The translations under genes were made by a program, and so were the position numbers. A DNA stretch of 47,022 nt from a virus (taxonomy: Duplodnaviria; Caudoviricetes): the IMG/VR virus record IMGVR_UViG_3300031965_000052, positions 1 to 47,022 of that record; one strand, given 5' to 3'. Shown here piece after piece: positions 27,925 through 36,278 of the stretch (positions within the stretch are counted from its first letter, which is position 1; the number at the start of each line of letters is the position of its first letter). Below the pieces are notes generated by a model that ran no database searches, was not told the DNA's origin, and saw only the letters and a program-made list of their open reading frames with translations.

Positions 27925-28112
27925 TAGAGCGCGGCCACCCGCTCGGCCTCGATGCGGCGAAGCTCCTCGTCCACGTCCAGGATGAGCCCCGAGCGCTCCA
28001 TCGCGGTCCTGCGCGACATCAACCCGGAGGCGACCAACTGCATGTCGTGAAGCCGCTGCGTGAGCACGTCGTCCACCAGGAACTGCGACGTACTTGAACC
28101 TCCTGCACACAT
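27924..28112 (-). CDS. Small protein resembling the portal C-terminal segment
   Basis: GLMSRRTAMERSGLILDVDEE versus portal GLISRRTAMEKHSLVEDVVDEE; RBS AAGGAGGG. Confidence 0.6.
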   Translation of the reverse strand: MCAGGSSTSQFLVDDVLTQRLHDMQLVASGLMSRRTAMERSGLILDVDEELRRIEAERVAAL

Positions 28113-28122
28113 GGCACCCTCC

Positions 28123-29871
28123 TTAGAGCGCTACTCCTAGCTCTTCTAGCTCCGGTAGTGCCCCCACGCCGGGAACATTCGTGGTATCCCCGCCTCCCCC
28201 GCGCGCGATGCCCGAGGCTTCGGCGAAGGATTCCATTCCAGCGGGAGCGTTGTTCTGCGGCTCGGGTGGAGCGGTGATGGCTCCCAGTTGCGCCAGGACC
28301 GTCAGTTGCGTTTCCGAGTCCTTGTCCAAGGCGGTGATGAACTGCGCGCCGGGTTGGAAGTTGCCTTGCGCGGCCTGCGCGTTGATGAACTGCATCCCCG
28401 CCGCGAGCATCTGCTCTTTGAGCAACTGCTTCTCTTCGTCCACGACATCCTCGACAAGAGAATGCTTCTCCATCGCGGTCCTGCGCGAGATGAGCCCGTT
28501 GCCTGCGGCTTGGTTGAGCCTGATCTCGTGAGAGAACTGGTCCCCGCCCGCCGCGCCCCCGAACTCGACGCGCACGCCGTAGTCACCCTTGATGTCCTCT
28601 GAGGGCTTGTAGGACTCGCTGAACCGCTTGTTGTTCTGCGAGCCGATGATGTACTTGGCTTCTCCGGTGTCCAGGTACTTCTCGTCCACCTCCAAAGCAA
28701 GCGAAAGGGCTTCACCCCAGGATTCGGCTTCGATGCGTTGCAGGTGCGCGATCTCGGTCGCGAGGTTGCCTGTGATTGCGTTCACAAAAGCTGCACTCGC
28801 CACTGACTGGGAGATTTGACCGGCGCGCGCTTCCGGATAGACGGCTGCTTCGCGCGCGTCGCTGCGGGACTGGTTCAAGATGGCGAAGAGTTGCGCTGCG
28901 GGTCCGTCGGGAGGCATACGGCGCATGAACCCATCGGCCGAGCGCGAGTGCAGCACGGCTCCCGTTCCCCAATCCTCGGGATTCTCCATGTTGTATTCCA
29001 CCGGCTGCGAGGCCACCATCTCGGCGGCTGCGTCGAGCATGAGGTTCAGGATGCGGTTGTTGGACTCCAGAACTCCTAGGGTCTGGTCGAACACTCCACG
29101 GAACTGTCCGTCGAAGGTGGGGCGCGCGCCGATGACGGCCGGGACGCGACTCAGGAGGTTCTTCGAGTGCTTCAGTTCCACCGCGCGCTTGGTTCCGTTG
29201 GGGTTCGTGATCTCCGCCACGCGCACGAACTCCGAGGAGTCGTAGTACTCGATGACGCTCACGAGGTCCGCTTCACCCTTGCGCGATGCCTTCGATGGCT
29301 CTAGAGCCAACTCGGGGTAGTCCTGCGCTAGCACGGCGCGCGAGGCTTGGTACGCAACAAGGAGGTTCTTCACGTCCCGGTCGGGGCTCCAGATGCGGTC
29401 CGGGTAGGCCCAGCGGGGGTCGATGCGCCGGATGCGCGCGCAGTCTGCGTCGGGCATCACGACCTTGTAGGAGACGCCCGCGACCATCAGGTCGATGAAG
29501 TACCGCGCCGCCTGGAGGGGATAGCGGTTCTTGGCGCGGATGAACTCCGCGATTCGTTCCCGCTTCTCCGCTCGCGGTCGGGCGCGCTCCGAGGCGGGGT
29601 CGCACCTCACGCTCGGGATGACCGAGGACGCCATCCCTGCGGCGTCGTCGATCTTGAGTTGGATGATGTTCGGGACCTTGGGCATCTCCACGACCGCCGA
29701 GGAGTCGGGGAACACCACATGCCAGTCCCCGCGCGCGAAGGCATCCACGCGCGCCACGCGGTCGTGATGGTTGCGCCAATGCGTCACGCGCGACTCGTGC
29801 TCGGAGATGTAGGCGCTCGCCATCTTTCGCTCGGCGAGAAGTTGCGTCAGGTCCGTGAAGGTGTCAGCCAC
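28123..29871 (-). CDS. Portal (head-tail connector) protein
   Basis: 582 aa directly after terminase; IRRIDPRWAYP and VIEYYD patterns of podoviral-type portals. Confidence 0.85.
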   Translation of the reverse strand: MADTFTDLTQLLAERKMASAYISEHESRVTHWRNHHDRVARVDAFARGDWHVVFPDSSAVVEMPKVPNIIQLKIDDAAGMASSVIPSVRCDPASERARPRAEKRERIAEFIRAKNRYPLQAARYFIDLMVAGVSYKVVMPDADCARIRRIDPRWAYPDRIWSPDRDVKNLLVAYQASRAVLAQDYPELALEPSKASRKGEADLVSVIEYYDSSEFVRVAEITNPNGTKRAVELKHSKNLLSRVPAVIGARPTFDGQFRGVFDQTLGVLESNNRILNLMLDAAAEMVASQPVEYNMENPEDWGTGAVLHSRSADGFMRRMPPDGPAAQLFAILNQSRSDAREAAVYPEARAGQISQSVASAAFVNAITGNLATEIAHLQRIEAESWGEALSLALEVDEKYLDTGEAKYIIGSQNNKRFSESYKPSEDIKGDYGVRVEFGGAAGGDQFSHEIRLNQAAGNGLISRRTAMEKHSLVEDVVDEEKQLLKEQMLAAGMQFINAQAAQGNFQPGAQFITALDKDSETQLTVLAQLGAITAPPEPQNNAPAGMESFAEASGIARGGGGDTTNVPGVGALPELEELGVAL

Positions 29872-32677
29872 GCGCTAACCTTGCCTCGCGCGTCCCGCGC
29901 TCCCCACGCTCCCGCCCTGCTGGGCGCATCCACGGACGCCGCGACACCAGCGGGTCTTGAATCCTGCGGTGAGTGTTCTGTCGCTCGCGGTTCAGGACGT
30001 TCACGCTGAACCAGAGCGCCATCGCGAGGTCCCAATGGCTCCCGTGGTGAGACGTGGCGCGCGGACGCCAGCCCAACAGGTCGTCGCACAGGGGCTTCAT
30101 CCTTCGCTGGGCGTCCAGGTCCCCCCAGGCGATCTGGAGCTTGCCCGAGGCCATCTTGGACGCCACCAACCCCATTCCGACTCCGGGGTCGTGCTTGTTC
30201 GCGCCCGTCTGGAACGGAACCGGGCGCGCCCCTTCCTCGTAGATGAACCTCTGGACGTGAGGAACGTCTGAGAACAGGTGAGAACCACCTTGGGCTTCGA
30301 TGATGACCTGCTTGGGTTTGTGCCGGTAGACATGACGTTGGAGCATCTCGAAGAGTCCGTCGTGGCGGGGGTTGCGCTTGGCCTCGCAGTCGATGACGCG
30401 CATGGTCCCCGAAGCCCGATCCCAGGCAACAACAACCAGTCCGGCAGTCTCGGAGCGCGCGGGGTCAAGGGAGATGATGCGTTCCCATTCCTCGGGCGCG
30501 TCGGTGAACGGCCCCTTGGACATATCCACAAGGTCCACGGGGAACATCGACGTTCCCTCGGGGGTGGGGTTGTTGAGCATCATCATCTCGAACTCGGCGG
30601 GCGTCATGTCCTCCGCCAGCTCTTTCAGCTCCGAGACGGAGTACATGTCCTCGCACAGAGACGTTCCGTCTGCGTTGTAGGCGGACTGCATGTCCAGCAT
30701 CCAGCCCTTTCGTTCCATCAGGTGTGAGTACACGTCGTCGTGCCCACAGCGGTTGCCGATGCACACAACCTTGCCCCCGTCGTTCAACCGGGTTCTCAGG
30801 GTGGTGTTCACGGCGCGGAGGATCTTCTTACGCTGGTCTGTTGAGTTTGTGGGGTCGTCGATGTCGTCCAAGATGATGAGGTCCGCGCGCGCGCCGAGGA
30901 TCTTGCCTGTGATGCCTACTCCTTTGACCGAAGGGTCACGCTCGGTAGACGTTCTCCCGCGAACGTAGAACGACAGCGCCCCCCAGCGCATAGCCCGGTT
31001 GTCCGACTTGCCGATCCACCCCCCCCAACGAGCATGCAGGTCCGGGTAGAGCCTTTCATCCGTCAGAGTCTGTTGGATGGCGTAGATGCGGTCCTTCGCC
31101 AGCCCCTCGGAGCCGCAGACGTAGAGAATCCTTGCGTTGGGGTTGCGGCATAAGGTGTAAACAACGAACTGCTCCAAGAGCTTGGTGTTGTGCGTCAGCA
31201 CCCCGCCCGTTCGGTATGTCTCGTCCTCGGTCTGTATCGCGACGGTGGGGCGCGGACCCAGGTTGGTGACGCTGGCTACGACATCGGTGAGGACGCCGGG
31301 GAAAGAGGTGGGCTTGTAGGTCTTGATCCACCCGTCCACGCGCTCGCGCTTTGCCCCAACGGGATTCAGAACACGCAGTAGTCGCCAAGCGTTGTCCCCG
31401 GAGTACGTGAGCCGCCACGACTCGTACTCTTTGCCGTTCAAGATGGTGGGCTTGCGCTTCATGTGCCCCGCCGCGCCGAACCGCGCCGCGAGCGACTGGA
31501 TCTCAGACACCAACCGCTGGTTCGCCAAGCCCCACTCGACCCGCAGGACCTCTGGTCGGTGCGTAGCCTTGCGTCCATCCCTGACAGCGAACCACTTGTG
31601 CCGGTCGGTGACAGAGCCGTCGGTGTCCAGCAATCCCGACAGGTACGCCGCGACCGTATCCGCATCCCCGCGCAGGATGGCCTCGGGCGTGGTCTTTTGC
31701 TTCGCTCCCTTGTTGTAAAGCCCCCAGGAGCGGAAGTAGGCGCGCGAGCCGCTGCGGAAGTGCCGTTCGACGTGATTGGCCTTCTGCCGGTCCGTCCACT
31801 CCCACCCGCGCGCTGCGGCGAAGGTGGCCGTGGCTTCAAGCACCGCAGGATCGGCGTTTGCGAAGGAGCAGTTCCCCGACGACAAGCATCCGTCACCGAT
31901 CATCGCCCCCAGGAACCAAGCCTCCTCGGGCGGGACGCGCCCCTGGCCGTGTACCGCATCCACCTCAACCGTATGACCCGTCATCTCCGAAGCCACGATC
32001 CACCCGGAGGGCGTCCAGAAGGGGTGGTTGCCGGTGACGTAAATCTCGCGCCCGTGCTTGGTGGCGACCAGGTAGGTGTCCCGAACGCCGTTGTCGGAGA
32101 CGGCTTCTACCCTCGTGGGGCCGTTGATCCCCAGAACCTTGTCCCCGGCGCGAACGTCGGCATGGCGCTTGCTCGACCCGTCGGCCATATCGACCAACTG
32201 CTCGGTCCAACCACACTTGGCGAATCTCACGGGCCAGATGGCCAGGATGCGACGGGTTTCGGAGTCAGAGAGCGCATCAACGAAGCGCTGCATGTAGGGG
32301 TAGGTCACTCCCACGTCCTGCTGCCTTAGGGTCAAGGGGTTCTCTTCCACTACTGACAGGAACTCGGCACGAAATGCAGCGAAGGTTCCGGTGTCGGGAG
32401 GCCCTTGGCCTTGATGGATGACCGCGCGCAGAGCCTTTACCTGTCGCAGCCAGTCTGTGTCTCTTTTGGCGTACCACTCCAGGGCTGATCTGGTCAGTCC
32501 AAGGTCGATAGCCACCGCATCCCAGGTGAGTTGAGGATTCTCCCGCCACAAGTCCAAGGCCCGCGCGCGCGCCCAGGCGGCAAAAGCCCTCGTGCCCTTC
32601 TTATGACCCGTAGTGGTTGCAATCATGTGCGTGTGGGCTGAAGCGCCCTTGCGGGCGGACGCACCCTTGCGTGGCAT
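29864..32677 (-). CDS. terL: Terminase large subunit with N-terminal HTH-like extension and an intein
   Basis: Walker A PVRFAK/T, GARADLIILDD Walker B, IGNR coupling motif, ISLDPA nuclease motif, DLAMALWF. Confidence 0.93.
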   Translation of the reverse strand: MPRKGASARKGASAHTHMIATTTGHKKGTRAFAAWARARALDLWRENPQLTWDAVAIDLGLTRSALEWYAKRDTDWLRQVKALRAVIHQGQGPPDTGTFAAFRAEFLSVVEENPLTLRQQDVGVTYPYMQRFVDALSDSETRRILAIWPVRFAKCGWTEQLVDMADGSSKRHADVRAGDKVLGINGPTRVEAVSDNGVRDTYLVATKHGREIYVTGNHPFWTPSGWIVASEMTGHTVEVDAVHGQGRVPPEEAWFLGAMIGDGCLSSGNCSFANADPAVLEATATFAAARGWEWTDRQKANHVERHFRSGSRAYFRSWGLYNKGAKQKTTPEAILRGDADTVAAYLSGLLDTDGSVTDRHKWFAVRDGRKATHRPEVLRVEWGLANQRLVSEIQSLAARFGAAGHMKRKPTILNGKEYESWRLTYSGDNAWRLLRVLNPVGAKRERVDGWIKTYKPTSFPGVLTDVVASVTNLGPRPTVAIQTEDETYRTGGVLTHNTKLLEQFVVYTLCRNPNARILYVCGSEGLAKDRIYAIQQTLTDERLYPDLHARWGGWIGKSDNRAMRWGALSFYVRGRTSTERDPSVKGVGITGKILGARADLIILDDIDDPTNSTDQRKKILRAVNTTLRTRLNDGGKVVCIGNRCGHDDVYSHLMERKGWMLDMQSAYNADGTSLCEDMYSVSELKELAEDMTPAEFEMMMLNNPTPEGTSMFPVDLVDMSKGPFTDAPEEWERIISLDPARSETAGLVVVAWDRASGTMRVIDCEAKRNPRHDGLFEMLQRHVYRHKPKQVIIEAQGGSHLFSDVPHVQRFIYEEGARPVPFQTGANKHDPGVGMGLVASKMASGKLQIAWGDLDAQRRMKPLCDDLLGWRPRATSHHGSHWDLAMALWFSVNVLNRERQNTHRRIQDPLVSRRPWMRPAGRERGERGTREARLARG
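31187..32215 (-). mobile_element. 343-aa intein with LAGLIDADG homing endonuclease
   Basis: Begins CGWTEQLVDMADG, block B VTGNHPFW, FLGAMIGDG and YLSGLLDTDG, ends VLTHN followed by Thr. Confidence 0.95.
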
Positions 32678-32719
32678 GTCGTCAGGGTGAAGGAGTGGTC
32701 CCGCAGGTCCCCGCAGGGG

Positions 32720-32983
32720 TTAGCGCTTGATCCTGCCGCCGCCCCCGCCCCAGGAAGCCGTAGACACCTTGGGCTCAACCCCGCAGCGAGAACATGCGCG
32801 CCGGGGCTGCTCCACCCCTTCGGGGACCCCTTCGGGGTCCGGCAGAAGGTCTGAGCGGAACTCGGCGAAGGTTCCGGAGATCGCCGCAACGAGCCAGGCG
32901 TTCACCGAGCACCCCGCCTCGCGCGCGCCGCGCACGACCGAGTCATGCAAACCCTCAGGGAGTCTCAGAAGGAACCGGTGCAT
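32720..32983 (-). CDS. Ribbon-helix-helix (Arc/HicB-like) DNA-binding protein
   Basis: MHRFLLRLPEGLHDSVVRGAREAGCSVNAWLVAAI. Confidence 0.75.
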   Translation of the reverse strand: MHRFLLRLPEGLHDSVVRGAREAGCSVNAWLVAAISGTFAEFRSDLLPDPEGVPEGVEQPRRACSRCGVEPKVSTASWGGGGGRIKR

Positions 32984-33030
32984 GATATCATGATATCACC
33001 CAGATGATATCACCGGGGGATGTGATATCA
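32983..33030. promoter_or_regulatory. Four TGATATCA palindromes, probable RHH operator
   Basis: Copies start at 32983, 32991, 33005 and 33023, directly at the RHH start codon. Confidence 0.75.
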
Positions 33031-33338
33031 CTTCGCGGGGTCCCCTTCGGGGAGGACAGAGTTCATTGATCGCCTGGTTCTCGTCGTTGGTCTCTGCGGG
33101 GCGCTCTGCGAGGAATCCCTCCTTGCAGAACATGTAACTGCGCAGGTCACGGCCCGTAGCATCCGGAAAAATAGGACCGCGGATTCCCCCCCACCTCCCT
33201 ATCTCCCCATTATGCGACCCCGGCACCCCCCCTCCCCGTGCCATATGCCCCTCCCACCCCCCGGGAAGGCTTAAAACCCCCCCTACCCGGGCTGGGGTAC
33301 CCCACCAGGCGTTAGGACTACATAAGGGAGGGGGTAAT

Positions 33339-33374
33339 ACCTTCGGTCATACCGTGAGCACCTTCGGTCATACC
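33339..33374. repeat. 15-bp direct repeat ACCTTCGGTCATACC x2
   Basis: 33339-33353 and 33360-33374, 21-bp period. Confidence 0.85.
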
Positions 33375-33645
33375 CTTCGATGCGGGGTGTGCCCTGTCCC
33401 CTCTCTCCCCTTGATCTGCTCTGTCATCGAGTGGTGAAGCGCGCGCGTCCACCTGCCCCGGCCCCTTGCCTGCCTGCGTCCACCCCCTGCCCTGGTCCTT
33501 GGCCTGGTCCTCTGTCCCTCCTGTCCCTGGTGTGCGCGCGCCTCACCCGGTCGGGACGGGGGACCAGGAGGGCCAACTAGGGAGCCCCTTCTAAGACCTG
33601 ACCTGCCCCTTCGTGAATATCAACCATGTAGTTCGTCCCAAGGTG

Positions 33646-33690
33646 TTGACCAGGGGATTCCCCAGGTGTAGCCTTGGGAACAGGAGGTGG
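33646..33690 (+). promoter_or_regulatory. Promoter and RBS of the plus-strand cassette
   Basis: TTGACC-17 bp-TAGCCT, then AGGAGGTGG before ATG 33696. Confidence 0.75.
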
Positions 33691-33695
33691 TACGG

Positions 33696-33890
33696 ATGGC
33701 ACTAAGCAGCGACGTCGAGGTGCGCGGGACGACCGCCATCGTCGGTCAGAGCGTCTACACAGCACGCTTGGCTTTCGGCAAGGCTATCTGGAGACACGTT
33801 GGAGGCCCGGACCTTGGCCCCATCAGCATGAACCGTATCGGGCTCACGTCGGACCTAGCGCGCGCGCTACTGGACGAGGTGTCGGCATGA
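33696..33890 (+). CDS. Hypothetical early protein
   Basis: Strong RBS; ATGA-coupled to the next gene. Confidence 0.65.
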   Translation: MALSSDVEVRGTTAIVGQSVYTARLAFGKAIWRHVGGPDLGPISMNRIGLTSDLARALLDEVSA

Positions 33891-34183
33891 GGGCGCAGGA
33901 GAAGCGCGCGCAGCACACGCCCGGACCGTGGCGTGTCGCGGGTGGGGCGAACGGCTACTGGTTCGTAGAAGCGTCGACGCCTGAACGGCGGAACTACCGC
34001 ATCGCATCGGTGCCCGTTGACGGGGACCAGGACGAGGGGAGCGCTTGCCTGATCGCCGAAGCACCCCGCATGTACGACGCGCTCAAGGCTATCGCAGCGA
34101 TGGCGGGCGCAGACGACCCGGCGCAGGCGCTCGCGTTGGCCGTGGCCGTGGCAACGGTAACGCTTGAAGGGGGGCAGCCATGA
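33887..34183 (+). CDS. Phage protein with HTPGPW motif
   Basis: HTPGPWRV...ACLIAEAPRMYDALK, a pattern common in small phage early proteins. Confidence 0.75.
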   Translation: MRAQEKRAQHTPGPWRVAGGANGYWFVEASTPERRNYRIASVPVDGDQDEGSACLIAEAPRMYDALKAIAAMAGADDPAQALALAVAVATVTLEGGQP

Positions 34184-34329
34184 GGGCGCGCGTGTCCTTC
34201 GCTGTTCGGTCTTGGGCTATGAGACGACGTGCGCGCGCGTGGATTCGGGCTTGGGATGCAGGACAGTCGGCGAACGAGATCGTGGGCGCGTACCGTGCGC
34301 GCCGGGTTCTAGAAGGGGTGAGGACATGA
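34180..34329 (+). CDS. Small hypothetical protein
   Basis: 49 aa, ATGA overlaps at both ends. Confidence 0.5.
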   Translation: MRARVSFAVRSWAMRRRARAWIRAWDAGQSANEIVGAYRARRVLEGVRT

Positions 34330-34835
34330 GTGCATTCATGGTTGACCGAGAGCACATCGACGCCCTGGTCCGGGCTGGACTGGCGGACGTAACCCATCGG
34401 CTCCGGTGGATCAACCCGGAGGTGCGCGCGCAGGTCGAGACGGCCAACGGGCACGTAAACCCCGAGGACTGGTCCTCCGTGTGGGCCGAGCTTCGCCACG
34501 ACACCGCCGACAGCGTTGGGGAAATGCTGATCTCGGCGAACCTCCTCAGCGTCACGCACCGCTACCCCGACACCCTGGAGGGTGGGGGCGTGCCGGGACC
34601 GTGCGAGGAGTACTGGCGGGACTCCTACAGCTACCCGATGAACGGCCCGGACTTCTCCCCGGTGGTCATCCTCAAAGCGATCGCCTGCTACGAGTACCAG
34701 TCCTGCGAACACCCCGAGTGGGAGCGGAGCGAGGCGCGCGCGTTCTGCGAAGCCCTGCGGGACTACACCATCGTCCGCCTGCCGGGCTACGACGATGCCC
34801 CGTGGGGCATCTACCCCGTGGAGGTGGGAGCATGA
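34326..34835 (+). CDS. Conserved hypothetical phage/plasmid protein
   Basis: MSAFMVDREHIDALV...LKAIACYEYQSCEHPEWERSEA...APWGI. Confidence 0.75.
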   Translation: MSAFMVDREHIDALVRAGLADVTHRLRWINPEVRAQVETANGHVNPEDWSSVWAELRHDTADSVGEMLISANLLSVTHRYPDTLEGGGVPGPCEEYWRDSYSYPMNGPDFSPVVILKAIACYEYQSCEHPEWERSEARAFCEALRDYTIVRLPGYDDAPWGIYPVEVGA

Positions 34836-35011
34836 ACTCACGCACCGTGAGCGCCATCTACCAGGGGAGGACGTATCACATCCCCGAGCCGTGGATCGTT
34901 GGCTACTGCCAGAGTGCGCGCGCGCAACGTGAGCCGGATCAGGTCATCGACGCGGTAGTGTACTGGGCCTGGCAGACGGAACTTGCGGAGCGGGAGGAGG
35001 TAGGAGCATGA
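34832..35011 (+). CDS. Small hypothetical protein
   Basis: 59 aa, ATGA overlaps, RBS GGAGG. Confidence 0.55.
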   Translation: MNSRTVSAIYQGRTYHIPEPWIVGYCQSARAQREPDQVIDAVVYWAWQTELAEREEVGA

Positions 35012-35175
35012 GAGCGGAGAAGAGGCGCGCAGTATCTTGTGAGGAGTGTGGTGGGCCGGTTGAGGTTTGGGCGGATAACTCAGATGGCGTCACCGTGAAC
35101 TTCGCCTGTGATAATCCCGCTTGTAAGTCTGGCAAGCCCCCCTGGGACACTCCTCGGCAGGAGGTCAAAGCGTAA
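35008..35175 (+). CDS. Small zinc-ribbon protein
   Basis: Manual translation MRAEKRRAVSCEECGG...CDNPAC... Confidence 0.55.
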   Translation: MRAEKRRAVSCEECGGPVEVWADNSDGVTVNFACDNPACKSGKPPWDTPRQEVKA

Positions 35176-35190
35176 CCGCACCACCCCCCT

Positions 35191-35220
35191 GAGAGCCCCG
35201 GCTCAGGCCGGGGCTTTCCC
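35191..35220 (+). terminator. Intrinsic terminator between convergent genes
   Basis: AGCCCCGGC-TCAG-GCCGGGGCT followed by a short T run. Confidence 0.75.
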
Positions 35221-35266
35221 TATGCCCGGACCTGGGTTTCGACCCGCCTGGGGCGACTCAAGGGCT

Positions 35267-35476
35267 CTAGGAGGCCGCGTAGCGCGCGCACCAGGAGCAG
35301 GTCCCGAATCTGTGGGGGGTGTCGTAGTGGGTCAGAAACTCGGCCTTCGCCGCAGGGGTCCAGCCACCCGTGGGCCGCTCCTCCGCGCACGGGCAGTTGT
35401 CCTCCTCCTCCCCGCCGTCCAGGAGGATGAACCCAGAGCCGTCGCAAATCGCAAGCGGGCACGCTTTCCTGACCAT
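35267..35476 (-). CDS. Small Cys-rich protein
   Basis: CPLAICDGSG...CPC...CSWC. Confidence 0.5.
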   Translation of the reverse strand: MVRKACPLAICDGSGFILLDGGEEEDNCPCAEERPTGGWTPAAKAEFLTHYDTPHRFGTCSWCARYAAS

Positions 35477-35499
35477 GGGGGTGAGCCTAACACGTGAGC

Positions 35500-35706
35500 C
35501 TAGAAGCCGTCCCCTGGGTGGTAGGTCTGCCAGCGCGCGAGGTCGGAGAAGAAGGAGTTCTCCCACGCCCACCGTCCGCCCGAGTAGGTGTTGCCGACGA
35601 ACGTGTTGTCGCGCGTGCGGAAGATGGCGGTCGAGCCCACGTCCTGAACCGCGCCCGTGGCGGCTGAATCACGGACCACGTTGTCGTAGACCTTCACGTC
35701 CTCCAC
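35500..35706 (-). pseudogene. Fragment resembling the C-terminus of a beta-helix protein
   Basis: DVKVYDNVV...DNTFVGNTY...WQ pattern without an N-terminal portion. Confidence 0.4.
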
Positions 35707-35746
35707 GATCGAGGCCCCGCAGTACCAACCTTCCCCGCACGAGAGC

Positions 35747-36234
35747 TTAGGCCGGGACGACCCGCCACTCGACCTTCAGGATTCCGACCGACAAGGGCGC
35801 GAGCGCCTGGAATGCAGCGCGCGACAGATCCAGATCGCGACGAGCATCCCCATAGGGACCACGATCTCGGACCGCGACAACAATGCGGCGCGCGCCGTAT
35901 CGGACCTCGATGAGCGTCCCGCAGGGAAGCGTCTTGTGCGCGGTGAAGACCACGCTGCCGTCGTGGGGCGTGAAGGTGCCGCCTCTGTCGTAGCAACCGT
36001 GCGGGGTGTCCCCGTACCAGGCCGCGACCGTGCCCTGCCAGGGGCCCTCGTCACGTTGTACGGGGCGCACGCTTCGTCGAGGTCGAGGGCGGACTGTGGG
36101 AGCAATCGCACGTTCGTCTGCGGATACGACTGCTCGATGCCCCGGATCAGGTTCAGGTCCGGGCGGAATGGTGGGGCTCCCGCAGGAGGCGAGTAGGGCG
36201 AGCGCAATGCTCGCTGCGGTCGTCGTGTGGGCAT
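35747..36234 (-). CDS. RlpA-like double-psi beta-barrel lytic transglycosylase, probable lipoprotein; start unresolved
   Basis: AAWYG, TAHKTLPCGTLIEV, VRDRGPY, LDLSRAAF; the frame stays open upstream of GTG 36070 to a lipobox IALALLASC (Cys codon 36182-36184). Confidence 0.85.
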
Positions 36235-36278
36235 TCAGGCCAGCCCTCGCCCGGCGCAGGAAAGCGGTCGATCCCGAC

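Noticed and set aside
32720-32983. HicAB toxin-antitoxin module
   Set aside because: Only an RHH domain is present; no adjacent HicA-like toxin gene.
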